A stretch of DNA of 63,925 nucleotides, the filler included. It is 6 parts of 6 records of this genome, joined end to end, with 100 filler letters (N's around TTAATTAATTAA, not from the genome) between each part and the next. Parts side by side here need not be neighbours in the genome. Positions count along the whole stretch, not along the records: positions 28,644 to 45,980 come from DRR378314_698; positions 46,081 to 58,151 come from DRR378314_700; 4 more parts are not named here. One strand, written 5' to 3'. A model generated the notes under the pieces. The model saw only the letters and a program-made list of their open reading frames with translations, did not search any database and was not told where the DNA came from. A program made the translations under genes and the position numbers. Each line of letters starts with the position of its first letter. Position 1 is the stretch's first letter. Positions 42,431 through 52,094 of this stretch are shown in pieces.

Positions 42431-43597
42431 ATGGGGCAGTCGCAGGGTGCGCAAGACGAATCGGCCACGGAGGTCCTGCCGGACCTGGGCCGTCTCGCGC
42501 TCACATGCTGGGATTACGCCTGGCCGCTGCGGCGCGAATACGGCCCCGGCGGCGGCGCCGTGGAGCGCGCCCTGGACGAAGCGGTGGAACGCGGCTTCAA
42601 CGCCGTTCGCCTGGACCCCTATCCGCATTTGCTGGCCACGCCGGCCAACAGCGTCCACCTGGACCGTTGCGAAATCTTCGCCGAGCCGGACGCCCGCCGG
42701 GGCATCGGCGCCGGCGCCGAGACCGTGCAGATTCGCAAAGCGTTCCGGCGCCTGCTCAACGGCGCCGCCGACCGCGGCCTGAAGCTGTGGCTGAGCGGCT
42801 TTTTCATCGCCGACAGCCGCGCCCGCCGCTCGTTCGTGCGCCGCCCCGCCGACTTCATCGACGTCTGGGTGCAGACCCTGGAACTGGTGCGCGAATGGGG
42901 CCACCTGGACACCGTGGTGGCGGTGGATTTCTGCCACCATTTTCCGTTTCCGCCCTGGAGCCACGGCGTTATCCGCCGGGTGTTCGGCCAGCCGCCCCAG
43001 CGGTCCCTGCCGGAGCGTTGGCGCAGCGAGCAGGAGCAGGCGGTGGAGCAGTACCTGTTGGAAGTGCCGCGCGCCCTGCGTGCGCTGTTTCCGACCATCC
43101 ATTTCGGGGTCAGCGCCGCCGCCGGCGAGACCGACCATCTGCGCCAACTGGACACCAGCGAGCTGGATTTCCTGGAACTGGGCCTGTGGCTGGACGACGA
43201 CCCGCGCTACCGGCTGGCCACCGGCGCCGATCTGCCGGTGCCCGGGCTGCTCGACCGGCGCCTGGGCGCGCCGCTGCGGCGGGCGCTGATGGAAGCCACC
43301 GGCGAGCACTGGCGCGGCCGCCTTCAGCAGCAGCTACAGCGGCGGCTGGCGTTCACCCGCCTGCGGCGCCTGCAGCCGGTGCTCGGTGAAGGGTATCTCA
43401 ATCCGCAGGCGACCCCGGAGCAGCTGCCCCGGGGCTGGGCCGGGTTCACCGAGGCGCTGGTGGGCCAGGCGGTGGCGGACGGCGTGGCGGTGATGACGCC
43501 CACCAGCCTGGCCCGGCCGCACAGCCCCTGGCTGTGGCGGGAAGCCGACTGGCTGGCGCACCTCAACCATCTGATTCTGACCGGCCCGGGCCGTTAG
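42431..43597 (+). CDS. Cellulase-like (clan GH-A TIM barrel) family protein, probably degenerate active site
   Basis: LTCWDYAW.LRR...ERALDEAVERGFNAVRLDPYPHLL; VDFCHHFP where NE is expected; AGGAGAAGG RBS. Confidence 0.6.
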   Translation: MGQSQGAQDESATEVLPDLGRLALTCWDYAWPLRREYGPGGGAVERALDEAVERGFNAVRLDPYPHLLATPANSVHLDRCEIFAEPDARRGIGAGAETVQIRKAFRRLLNGAADRGLKLWLSGFFIADSRARRSFVRRPADFIDVWVQTLELVREWGHLDTVVAVDFCHHFPFPPWSHGVIRRVFGQPPQRSLPERWRSEQEQAVEQYLLEVPRALRALFPTIHFGVSAAAGETDHLRQLDTSELDFLELGLWLDDDPRYRLATGADLPVPGLLDRRLGAPLRRALMEATGEHWRGRLQQQLQRRLAFTRLRRLQPVLGEGYLNPQATPEQLPRGWAGFTEALVGQAVADGVAVMTPTSLARPHSPWLWREADWLAHLNHLILTGPGR

Positions 43598-44526
43598 TCG
43601 TTGCCATCGCCGAGGGCGTTAAAGCGATAGCCGAAAATCCGCGCGAACTCGGCCGGGTCCTTGCTGCCCTGGCCCTCCGACTCCCCGGACACCGGCCCGG
43701 CCAGACGCGACAGCCAGAAGCGCAGCGCCGCCACCGCCAACGCCAGCGCCAGCACGGATTCGTCCCACTCGCCCCCGCCGTCCCGGTAGCCGGCCAGCAA
43801 GGCGCCCTGCCGGCGCGGTACCGGGCGCCCGTCCGAGGCCACCGCCCAGTCGTTCAGCGCCACCGCCAGATCGTACTCGGGCCGTTCCAGGCAGGCGTTG
43901 TAGAAATCCAGCACCCCGGTGAGCCGGCCCTCGGCGTTGAACAGCGCGTTGTCGCGGAACAGATCGCCGTGGATCAGGGTGCGGGTGGCGGGTACTTTCC
44001 GCCAGCGGCGCAGCACGGTCTCGGCGCGGTGCTGGTCGTCTTCATTCAGGCGGCACAGGTGCTCGCCCAGGCTTTTCAGGCGCCGGCGCTCGTCGGGCAG
44101 CGCCTTTCCCGCTTCCGTCGGCTGGCGGTGCAGGGCGGCGAGCAGGGCGCCCACCTGCCGGCAGTGCTCGCTGCCCACCTCGAAACAGTGCTCGCCGGGC
44201 AGGCGCGGCACCAGCACCGCCGGTTTGCCGGCCACGTGGCGCAGCCGCTGGCCGTGGCGGTCCACCAGCGCCGCCGGCACCGGCAGGCCCGCCGCCGCCA
44301 GGGTCGCCAGCAACGCCAGATAGGGCGCCAGGGCCTCGCCGTCGAACTGCTCGAACACGGTCAGGACTACCGCCCGCGGGCCGCCGTCCTCGGCCCGGGC
44401 GTCGATCAGGAAGGTGCTGTTCTCAATGCCGTGGCGCGCCGCCTGCGCGTGCTCCAGCCGCAGCGCGTAGTCGGCCAGCAGGGCGGCCAGGTCCCGATCA
44501 TCGACACGGGTATAGACGGACATCAA
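43594..44526 (-). CDS. thrB: Homoserine kinase type II
   Basis: MSVYT, GIENSTF, LTVFE, IHGDLFRDN, LDFYNAC, ALRFWLSRL, KDP.EF. Confidence 0.93.
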   Translation of the reverse strand: MMSVYTRVDDRDLAALLADYALRLEHAQAARHGIENSTFLIDARAEDGGPRAVVLTVFEQFDGEALAPYLALLATLAAAGLPVPAALVDRHGQRLRHVAGKPAVLVPRLPGEHCFEVGSEHCRQVGALLAALHRQPTEAGKALPDERRRLKSLGEHLCRLNEDDQHRAETVLRRWRKVPATRTLIHGDLFRDNALFNAEGRLTGVLDFYNACLERPEYDLAVALNDWAVASDGRPVPRRQGALLAGYRDGGGEWDESVLALALAVAALRFWLSRLAGPVSGESEGQGSKDPAEFARIFGYRFNALGDGND

Positions 44527-44645
44527 CGTTTCCTAGTGTTCAACGCGAAAAAAAGGCCGGGGATGACCGGGCCGTTTGCTTGGGGCGATGGTATAACCCC
44601 TGTCCATTGGTGGAAATACACGCCGGGTTTAATTAAGGAGAAACC

Positions 44646-45680
44646 ATGTCCCTGCAACACAAGATCGAGCGCACCACGGTGCGGACCCTGATGAAAATGC
44701 CCGGCGCCCTGGCCGGCCGGCTGGCCGGCATGGTGGAAAGCGTCAGCCGCGAGGGGCTGGACCCCAAGCTGCGCCTGCTGCTGGCCCTGGGTGACGGTCG
44801 CAAGGGCTTCCACGAGTTGCCGCTGGCCCAGGGCCGCGCCCTCTACGGGCACATGATCGACATGCTCGACGTGGACCGGCAGGAGGTGGCGCTGACCCGG
44901 GATATCCGCGTGCCGGTGGAAGGCGGCGATATGCTGGTGCGTCTGTATCGCCCCAAGAGCGCGCCCACCGAGGACAGCCCGGCGATCATGTTCTTCCATG
45001 GCGGCGGCTTCACCATCGGCAGCGCCGTGGAATACGACCGCCTGTGCCGCCACATCGCCAACGTCACCGGCGCGGTGGTGCTGAATGTGGACTACCGGCT
45101 GGCGCCGGAACACCCCGCGCCCACCGCCGCCGACGACTGCATCGCCGCCTGGCGCTGGCTCGGTGAGCAGGCCGGCGACCTGGGCATCGACACCCGGCGT
45201 CTGGCGACCATGGGCGACAGCGCCGGCGGCAATCTGTCCATCGTGGTGGCCCAGCAAGCGGCGCTCCAGGGGCTGTCCGTGCCCAAGCTGGTGGTGGCGG
45301 TGTACCCGAAAACCGACGGCGCCTCGGATATGCCCTCGATCACCCAGCTCGGTGGCGGCCAGGGCGGGCTGGATGGCGACATGATCCACTGGTTCCACAA
45401 CCATTACATTCAGGACGACACCCTGGTGGGCGATTACCGCATCTCGCCGCTGCGCAACCCGGACATCGCCGGCCACCCGGACACCATCGTGGTCACCGCC
45501 ACCGACCCGCTGCGCGACGAGGGCCTCGCCTACAGCGAGAAGCTCAAGGACGCCGGCGTCAACGTGGTCAACCTGGACTACCCGGAGCTGGTGCACGGCT
45601 TCATCACCATGGGCGGCGCCATCCCCAGCGCCCGCAAAGCGGTGAACGCCATCACCCGGCAGATCAAAGAGCGCCTCTGA
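44646..45680 (+). CDS. Alpha/beta hydrolase, HSL (family IV) esterase/lipase
   Basis: [30 protein letters not shown]. Confidence 0.95.
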   Translation: MSLQHKIERTTVRTLMKMPGALAGRLAGMVESVSREGLDPKLRLLLALGDGRKGFHELPLAQGRALYGHMIDMLDVDRQEVALTRDIRVPVEGGDMLVRLYRPKSAPTEDSPAIMFFHGGGFTIGSAVEYDRLCRHIANVTGAVVLNVDYRLAPEHPAPTAADDCIAAWRWLGEQAGDLGIDTRRLATMGDSAGGNLSIVVAQQAALQGLSVPKLVVAVYPKTDGASDMPSITQLGGGQGGLDGDMIHWFHNHYIQDDTLVGDYRISPLRNPDIAGHPDTIVVTATDPLRDEGLAYSEKLKDAGVNVVNLDYPELVHGFITMGGAIPSARKAVNAITRQIKERL

Positions 45681-45690
45681 CCGCGGATCC

Positions 45691-45714
45691 TGTGGGAGCG
45701 GGCCCGCTCCCACA
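45691..45714. repeat. Perfect 24-bp palindrome resembling a collapsed GTGG-type REP doublet
   Basis: TGTGGGAGCGGG|CCCGCTCCCACA, 10 nt after the esterase stop. Confidence 0.7.
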
Positions 45715-45780
45715 AGGCGCTCCTGCAAGGTCTTGCGTTACACTATGCGCTCCATGTCTTATCCAACCCCAAGGACTGCC

Positions 45781-45980
45781 ATGACCGAGCGTAAACCGAT
45801 CATCCTTGTCGACGGCTCCTCCTACCTGTACCGGGCCTTCCACGCGCTGCCGCCGCTGACCACCTCCACCGGCCAGCCCACCGGCGCGGTGCGCGGCGTC
45901 GCCTCGATGCTGCGCAAGATGATCAACGACTACGACCCCGAGTACATGGCGGTGGTGTTCGACGCCAAGGGCAAAACCTT
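45781..45980 (+). CDS. polA: DNA polymerase I, N-terminal fragment
   Basis: [19 protein letters not shown]...PTGAV.G...[10 protein letters not shown]. Confidence 0.97.
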
Positions 45981-46080
45981 NNNNNNNNNNNNNNNNNNNN
46001 NNNNNNNNNNNNNNNNNNNNNNNNTTAATTAATTAANNNNNNNNNNNNNNNNNNNNNNNNNNNNNNNNNNNNNNNNNNNN
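45981..46080. other. Artificial contig-joining spacer
   Basis: N44-TTAATTAATTAA-N44. Confidence 0.99.
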
Positions 46081-46728
46081 GTTCAGGAAGTGGCGGTCGT
46101 GGGAGATGATAATCATGGTACTGCTGCGCGCTTTGAGAATATCTTCCAGCCAGCGGATAGTATTGATATCCAGGTGGTTAGTCGGCTCATCGAGCAGCAG
46201 CACATCCGGGTCGGAAAACAGTGCCTGGGCCAGCAGCACACGCAGTTTCCAGCCAGGGGCAACTTCGCTCATCGGGCCGGTGTGCTGTTCAATGGGAATA
46301 CCTAGCCCCAACAGTAGCTCTCCGGCGCGAGACTCAGCGGTATAGCCGTCAAGCTCAGCAAAGCGTACTTCCAAGTCGGCCACCGCCATGCCGTCGGCTT
46401 CACTCATTTCTGCCAGGGAGTAGATCCGCTCGCGCTCGGCGGCCACTTTCCACAGCTCAGCGTTCCCCATGATAACGGTATCGATGACCCGCTCATTTTC
46501 GTAGGCGAACTGATCCTGGCGTAGCTTACCCAGCCGCGTGCTGCTATCCAGCATGACCTGCCCGGAAGAAGGCTCAAGCTCGCCACCCAAAATTTTCATA
46601 AAGGTGGACTTACCGCAACCATTGGCGCCAATCAAACCGTAGCGATTGCCGTTATTAAATTTGACGGAAACATTTTCAAACAGGGGCTTGGCCCCAAACT
46701 GCATGGTGATATTGGCGGTTGCGATCAA
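46081..46728 (-). CDS. ybiT: ABC-F family ATPase (YbiT-like), 3'-truncated
   Basis: [51 protein letters not shown]. Confidence 0.9.
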
Positions 46729-46811
46729 GATGTGAGCCCTGGTTAACAGTGTAATTGCGCATTCAAAGGCTCGCGATTCTACGCGCCTTTGGGCAGCGTT
46801 ACACCTCCCAC

Positions 46812-47678
46812 CTAGTGCGCATTGTCTAGCGTAGCCGGAAGTTCGAGTAGAAAACGTTCACCATCAAGTGCTTGGCGCAGCCGTGCGTGCAGTATCGCGA
46901 CGATGTCAGGGTGTTCGCCAACCAGCGCGGTGGTTGTCACACTCAAACCTGGGTGGCGCTGTTCCGCGGCGTCACAAATCTCGGCGATATCGCCACCTTC
47001 CCCCGCATGACGCCCAGGCGAGAGAAACAGCATCGCTAAGATGACCGGGCCTGCTTGGAACTCCGGTGTATCCAATAAATGCTCCAACAGCGGCTCGTTA
47101 AAGCGATATTCGTCACCTTCACGACGCTCCATGGATGCCGCTGCGACGCAGCTAACCTCATCCGCCAGTAACACGCTTAACTGCCCGGCTAAGCGATTGC
47201 GCACGGCGGTCACTTCAGGAATCGGGCTGCCATGATCGACCAGCGCTACATACGGCGTCGTTCCCGCTTGATGCTTATCGCGCACGTTGTCGGCCAGCAG
47301 TTTGGCTAAGCGCAGGTCATTATTGCCCCGCTCATCCACCAGCGGCTGGGCCACACGAACGCTCACCTGAGGAAAACGCGTCTGCAGTGCTGCCATGCGC
47401 TCTGGCAAGTAGCCCGTCAGTGCTTTGCTTGGGCCAAAGAAAAACGGCAGCACAATGATCTCTGTCGCCCCATTCTCGGCACTGCGCTCAGCAGCCGGGC
47501 CCAGAGTCATCGCGGGGATGCCGTCAACCTCGTCGGGAGGGATTTTATTGGAGTGCAGTAAGGAAGCCGCCTGCACGGTTTCTCCTAGCTGCTGGCTGAG
47601 CGCAAACGCTACGCGGCGCAGATTATGGGTTGCCTGAGGCCGTAATGAGCCGTTATCGACGAGAAAAATAGCGCGCAT
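46812..47678 (-). CDS. CbiX/SirB-like class II chelatase family protein (two-domain)
   Basis: LVDNGS...VLPFFFGPS in domain 1; LVDHGSP...FLSPGRH...DI in domain 2. Confidence 0.75.
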   Translation of the reverse strand: MRAIFLVDNGSLRPQATHNLRRVAFALSQQLGETVQAASLLHSNKIPPDEVDGIPAMTLGPAAERSAENGATEIIVLPFFFGPSKALTGYLPERMAALQTRFPQVSVRVAQPLVDERGNNDLRLAKLLADNVRDKHQAGTTPYVALVDHGSPIPEVTAVRNRLAGQLSVLLADEVSCVAAASMERREGDEYRFNEPLLEHLLDTPEFQAGPVILAMLFLSPGRHAGEGGDIAEICDAAEQRHPGLSVTTTALVGEHPDIVAILHARLRQALDGERFLLELPATLDNAH

Positions 47679-47772
47679 GTCGGTCTCCGGAGATGGTCAA
47701 GTAAGTCATCACTAAAGGCATGATAAGATGAGCGCTTTAACCGATGTACCGTACTCATGATGCTTGATAGCG

Positions 47773-48357
47773 ATGTTTGATACTACCGCCCTGAACCAGC
47801 AAAGAAACTTCTTCGACGGCCATACCGATATCTGGCTGTTTGGTTATGGCTCGCTGATCTGGAAGGCCGACTTTGCCTACTTGGAACGTCAGCCCGCCTA
47901 CATTACCGGCTGGGCGCGACGTTTTTGGCAAGGCTCCCACGATCACCGTGGCACGCCGGACGCACCGGGGCGCGTCGCTACGCTGATTCGTGCCCAAGGG
48001 GAAGTATGTCACGGCATGGCGTACCGCATTACACCCGACGTGCTGGCACCGCTAGATGTACGTGAAAAGAACGGCTATCTGCGTGAAAAAGTGCCGCTCA
48101 CTTTTCTAGCGCAGCGGGGCAATGTGCAGGCGGCAAAGGCAACAACGGAAGGGCTAATTTACTTAGCTACTGAAGATAACCCAGCCTTTCTGGGCGAGGC
48201 ATCGTTGGATGATATTGCACACCAAATTGCCCATTCCCATGGCCCGAGCGGCTCGAATAAAGCTTACTTACTGAACTTAGCCCAGGCGTTACGCGAATTA
48301 GGCACAGACGATGCGCACGTTTTCGCCATTGAGGAGCAGCTACACCGCTACCAATAG
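47773..48357 (+). CDS. chaC: ChaC-family glutathione-specific gamma-glutamylcyclotransferase
   Basis: WLFGYGSLIWK, RRFWQGS.DHRGTP..PGRVATL, LDVREKNGY, GPSGSN..YL. Confidence 0.93.
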   Translation: MFDTTALNQQRNFFDGHTDIWLFGYGSLIWKADFAYLERQPAYITGWARRFWQGSHDHRGTPDAPGRVATLIRAQGEVCHGMAYRITPDVLAPLDVREKNGYLREKVPLTFLAQRGNVQAAKATTEGLIYLATEDNPAFLGEASLDDIAHQIAHSHGPSGSNKAYLLNLAQALRELGTDDAHVFAIEEQLHRYQ

Positions 48358-48875
48358 CGTGGGTAACGACGATGGCGCGCTAAATTATTCACCAAGATGG
48401 CCACTACCAGCATGACCACGCATCCAGCGCCAATGGGGATCAGCGGATACCACCAGCCCAGTTTGTGGACACTCGCCCCACCCGCTACTGCAATCAGCGC
48501 AGCGGCAGCCCCCGGTGGATGTACGGTGTGTGTCAGTTGCATCACCAGTATGGAAAGCGACACCGCTAGTGCCATCGAGATAGGCGTCGCGCCCAGCAGT
48601 TGGTAGCAACCCACCCCTACCAGCGCCGACAAAACACTGCCAAACAGTACATGGCTTGGCTGGGCGAACGGGCTTTCAGGCGCTGCATAAACTAACACCG
48701 ACGTTGCCCCAAAGGAGCCCACGATTAATAACTGCTGCGAGAGCCAAGCGGCGCTTAGCCAGCATATAACGGCCATGCCAGTAAAAGCGCCCAGCCATGA
48801 CCAGCAGGCATCTTGCCAGCCGACGGGGCGGCGCGCCGTTGGCTCTCCTCGCATCTTGCCAAGATAAGCTTTCAT
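48348..48875 (-). CDS. HPP family membrane protein
   Basis: SFGATSVL....PESPFAQP, TVHPPGAAAAL, RRYPRYW. Confidence 0.93.
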   Translation of the reverse strand: MKAYLGKMRGEPTARRPVGWQDACWSWLGAFTGMAVICWLSAAWLSQQLLIVGSFGATSVLVYAAPESPFAQPSHVLFGSVLSALVGVGCYQLLGATPISMALAVSLSILVMQLTHTVHPPGAAAALIAVAGGASVHKLGWWYPLIPIGAGCVVMLVVAILVNNLARHRRYPRYW

Positions 48876-48984
48876 TGCTCCCTCTCTGCACAAAAAGAGT
48901 GCAGATAATGGCAAAATGCACCAAATAAGCAAATGACAATTGATCACTTATCTAATGAAACTGACTCAAGGGCGCTCGCCCTCT

Positions 48985-49278
48985 CTACATCATTAGCCAC
49001 GACAGGATAAACAGCGCCAGCACAATACGCACGATGGCTCCTAGTAAGGAGCCTCGTAGCAGCGCTCGAAAGCCGCGCCATAACAGCCACAAGCCAATTA
49101 CCAACACCAGAATGCTAAAGAACGACGCATTGATACCCAGAGAGCGGGTTAGACCATCAATAAAGTCATCAAACGCGCCGAAAAAGTTGGTGAAGAAGCC
49201 CAATAAAAACTCCACCACCACGCGAATAGCATCGCCAATCGCTTCGCCTACACCATCAAAAAATCCGTTTGCCTGCAT
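48985..49278 (-). CDS. Small hypothetical membrane protein
   Basis: 97-aa ORF, amphipathic N-terminus plus two hydrophobic helices; GGA RBS. Confidence 0.7.
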   Translation of the reverse strand: MQANGFFDGVGEAIGDAIRVVVEFLLGFFTNFFGAFDDFIDGLTRSLGINASFFSILVLVIGLWLLWRGFRALLRGSLLGAIVRIVLALFILSWLMM

Positions 49279-49452
49279 GCGTTATTTCCATCGCTAAAAG
49301 GTTTTCGATATTGTCAGTTAAAACCACGCTATTGCAAAGCATGCCCATTAAGCAGCGTGCTCCTCTCTTTTGCGTCTTTGCGTCCCCCCCTTAAGACGTT
49401 TACCCTATTTCACTTTTTCGACTGACGCGTTACAACGTTATTTATTAAAGCA

Positions 49453-49664
49453 ATAGCGGGAGAGACTGGTGCTAGCCACCAGCGCCGAAGGAGCAACGAC
49501 CCCGGAAACTCTCAGGCCACCGGACCGCTATCGTTATGGTATTTACTAACACAGTAACTACTAACATTTTCCGAAGAGCGGCTGATGACTGCGTCACTCA
49601 GCACACCGAAGGAGCAAGCGCCTCCACAGATGCGTGAATCTCTCAGGTTCCATGACGGAAGGGG
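49453..49664 (+). ncRNA. Tandem glycine riboswitch
   Basis: Aptamer 1 (49453-49531) GGGAGAG..CGCCGAAGGAGCAA..GAAACTCTCAGG; aptamer 2 (49567-49664) GAAGAG..CACCGAAGGAGCAA..GAATCTCTCAGG; both P1 stems pair. Confidence 0.95.
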
Positions 49665-49723
49665 TACGCCTAGCCAATGTTGCTAGGGGTATCGCTTGAC
49701 GCTCATACAATCTGGAGAGACTT

Positions 49724-50974
49724 ATGCAACGCATTGCTATTATTGGCGGTGGGATCACTGGTATTACAAGTGCTTATGCTCTGGCAAAGCGCGGCTTCGA
49801 TGTGACTGTTTTTGAGAAACACCGCTATGCGGCAATGGAAACGTCATTTGCCAACGGCGGGCAGCTGTCGGCATCGAATGCTGAAGTGTGGAACCACTGG
49901 CCGACGGTGCTTAAAGGCCTGCGCTGGATGCTAAAAAACGACGCGCCGCTCCTGGTCAACCCTCGCCCTAGTTGGCACAAACTCAGCTGGTTTGCAGAGT
50001 TCATCGCCGCCATCCCCCGTTATGCCGACAACACCACGGAAACCACTCGGTTAGCCATTGCTGCCCGAGAACACTTATTCCAGTGGGCGAAAGACGAGCA
50101 GATTGATTTTGATCTTAAACAGCAAGGCATTCTGCATATCTACCGCGACAAAGCTGGCTTTGATCACGCCTCGCGCGTGTCGCAGTTGTTAGCGAAAGGC
50201 GGCCTTGAACGCAGGTCGGTCACGCCGGATGAAATGCGCGCCATCGAGCCAACCCTGGCAGGTAGTTACTATGGCGGTTTCTATACCGAAAGCGACGCCA
50301 CTGGCGATATCCATAAATACACCAACGGCCTCGCCAGAGCAGCCGCCAAGCGTGGCGTGCAGCTTAACTATGGCCACCATATTGACGATATTGGCGCTGA
50401 CGACAATGGGGCTTGGGTAAGCGCCACGGTAGATAACAACAGCATGAGCCAACGTTTTGACAGCGTGGTAGTTTGTGCGGGGACCGGCAGCCGCGCCATT
50501 GCCGCCAAATTAGGCGATCGCGTTAATATCTATCCCGTAAAAGGTTACTCGATAACCGTACAGCTAGATGACGAGGCCTCTCAGCAAGCCGCGCCAACCG
50601 TCAGCCTGCTAGACGATGAAACCAAGTTGGTAACCAGCCGCTTGGGGCTCAACCGCTTCCGCGTGGCTGGCACCGCTGAATTTAACGGCGCGAATCGCGA
50701 TATACGCAACGACCGCATTCAACCGCTGGTTCGCTGGGTAGAAGAGTGTTTCCCTGGCGTGAGCACCCAACGCGTAGTGCCCTGGGCAGGCCTGCGGCCG
50801 ATGCTACCTAATATGCTGCCCAAAGTTGGACCTGGCCGTTTACCGACTGTTTTCTATAACACTGGCCACGGCCATCTAGGCTGGACACTGTCAGCCATTA
50901 CCGCCGAAATGCTGGCGGATGCGGTGGAAGAGAAAAATATCCTCCGCGAGCCAGCCCCCCAACCGCTTAGCTAG
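49724..50974 (+). CDS. FAD-dependent D-amino acid dehydrogenase (DadA family)
   Basis: IIGGGITG, ETSFANGGQLS, YPVKGYSIT, RVAGTAE, WAGLRPM, NTGHGHLGWT. Confidence 0.93.
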   Translation: MQRIAIIGGGITGITSAYALAKRGFDVTVFEKHRYAAMETSFANGGQLSASNAEVWNHWPTVLKGLRWMLKNDAPLLVNPRPSWHKLSWFAEFIAAIPRYADNTTETTRLAIAAREHLFQWAKDEQIDFDLKQQGILHIYRDKAGFDHASRVSQLLAKGGLERRSVTPDEMRAIEPTLAGSYYGGFYTESDATGDIHKYTNGLARAAAKRGVQLNYGHHIDDIGADDNGAWVSATVDNNSMSQRFDSVVVCAGTGSRAIAAKLGDRVNIYPVKGYSITVQLDDEASQQAAPTVSLLDDETKLVTSRLGLNRFRVAGTAEFNGANRDIRNDRIQPLVRWVEECFPGVSTQRVVPWAGLRPMLPNMLPKVGPGRLPTVFYNTGHGHLGWTLSAITAEMLADAVEEKNILREPAPQPLS

Positions 50975-51041
50975 TGCCAACCATGACAAGTCCGGGCAGG
51001 CTTCCGGTAAGATATAGAGCACCCCAACATAGGCGTGTTTT

Positions 51042-51968
51042 ATGCTTAACCAGCGTGCATTAACCTACCTCAATGAAGTGATTCGGCGCGGTTCGCTCAG
51101 GCGTGCCGCCGCCCACCTGAATGTCGATGCCTCTGCCGTTAGCCGCCAACTAAAAGCACTAGAAGAAGAGCTGAATACCCAGCTATGCGAGCGACACGGA
51201 AGAGGAATGCGTGCCACTGCAGCGGGCCAGCTACTGGTGCACCATTTTCATGCCCAGCGGGCTTCAGAAGAAGCGGTACTCTCCCAACTAATGGCACTGC
51301 AAAGTCTCGCGAAAGGGGAAGTTCGCATTGCCGTGGGAGAAGGATTTATTGCTGACCTGATCGCCGCACCGTTAGGCACTTTCATGTCAGCGTTTGACGG
51401 TATCAAAGTTGAAATCCGCATGGCGGGTGTCAATGAAGCAATGTCGTTACTCCACGATCGCGAGGTGGATATAGCGCTACTTTATGCACCGCCGGTAGAC
51501 CCGCAACTTTTCTGCCACGTGGAAACGCGCCAGCCGCTCGATGTCATTGTCCCCCCCAATCACCCACTTAGTGATCTTAATCGCCCGGTAACGCTGCATG
51601 ACTTAAAGGAGTGGCCTCTGGCGTTAATGGACAATCCTTTTGGTATGCGGCAAATGGTCAATATGGTGGCTCACCAGGAGCGCATTCATCTTGAAGCACG
51701 CCTGCATACAAACTCTGTTGCGGTGTTAAAGAATTTTGTCCGCTCAGGCATCGGCGTTACGTTCATGCCCGAACTCACCGTAGCGGATGAGATTGAGCGC
51801 GGTGAGATCTTCACACTCCCCATGCAGTACCCGGTGATGAACGGTACGCGGGCACAAATTGTTAGCCTGAAAGGACAGGAACTCCCCGTTGCTTCAATCA
51901 CTTGCATCAATCATTTGCACAAAGGCATGCGCTTTTTCTCCGCCGATGCACCACGACTGTTGCAATAA
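51042..51968 (+). CDS. LysR family transcriptional regulator
   Basis: HTH GSLRRAAAHLNVDASAVSRQLKALE; GIGVTFMPE. Confidence 0.95.
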   Translation: MLNQRALTYLNEVIRRGSLRRAAAHLNVDASAVSRQLKALEEELNTQLCERHGRGMRATAAGQLLVHHFHAQRASEEAVLSQLMALQSLAKGEVRIAVGEGFIADLIAAPLGTFMSAFDGIKVEIRMAGVNEAMSLLHDREVDIALLYAPPVDPQLFCHVETRQPLDVIVPPNHPLSDLNRPVTLHDLKEWPLALMDNPFGMRQMVNMVAHQERIHLEARLHTNSVAVLKNFVRSGIGVTFMPELTVADEIERGEIFTLPMQYPVMNGTRAQIVSLKGQELPVASITCINHLHKGMRFFSADAPRLLQ

Positions 51969-52094
51969 AAGCCACAGTTTAGGTATTGCATAGTCAACAC
52001 CTCAATACATAGTCTTCTAGTAGGCACTCCTTATAAATCTAATAACGCGCCCATAGCGCCCCGTAGCTCACGACAATAAACCAGGAGACTGACT

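Noticed and set aside
28644..45980. Many long overlapping or antisense ORFs (e.g. 32970-34301 +, 35198-36601 +, 42071-43309 -, 44523-45728 -, and the 5' extension of 38429-40447)
   Set aside because: Shadow ORFs caused by high GC and codon bias opposite well-identified genes; the MATE gene really starts at 39739
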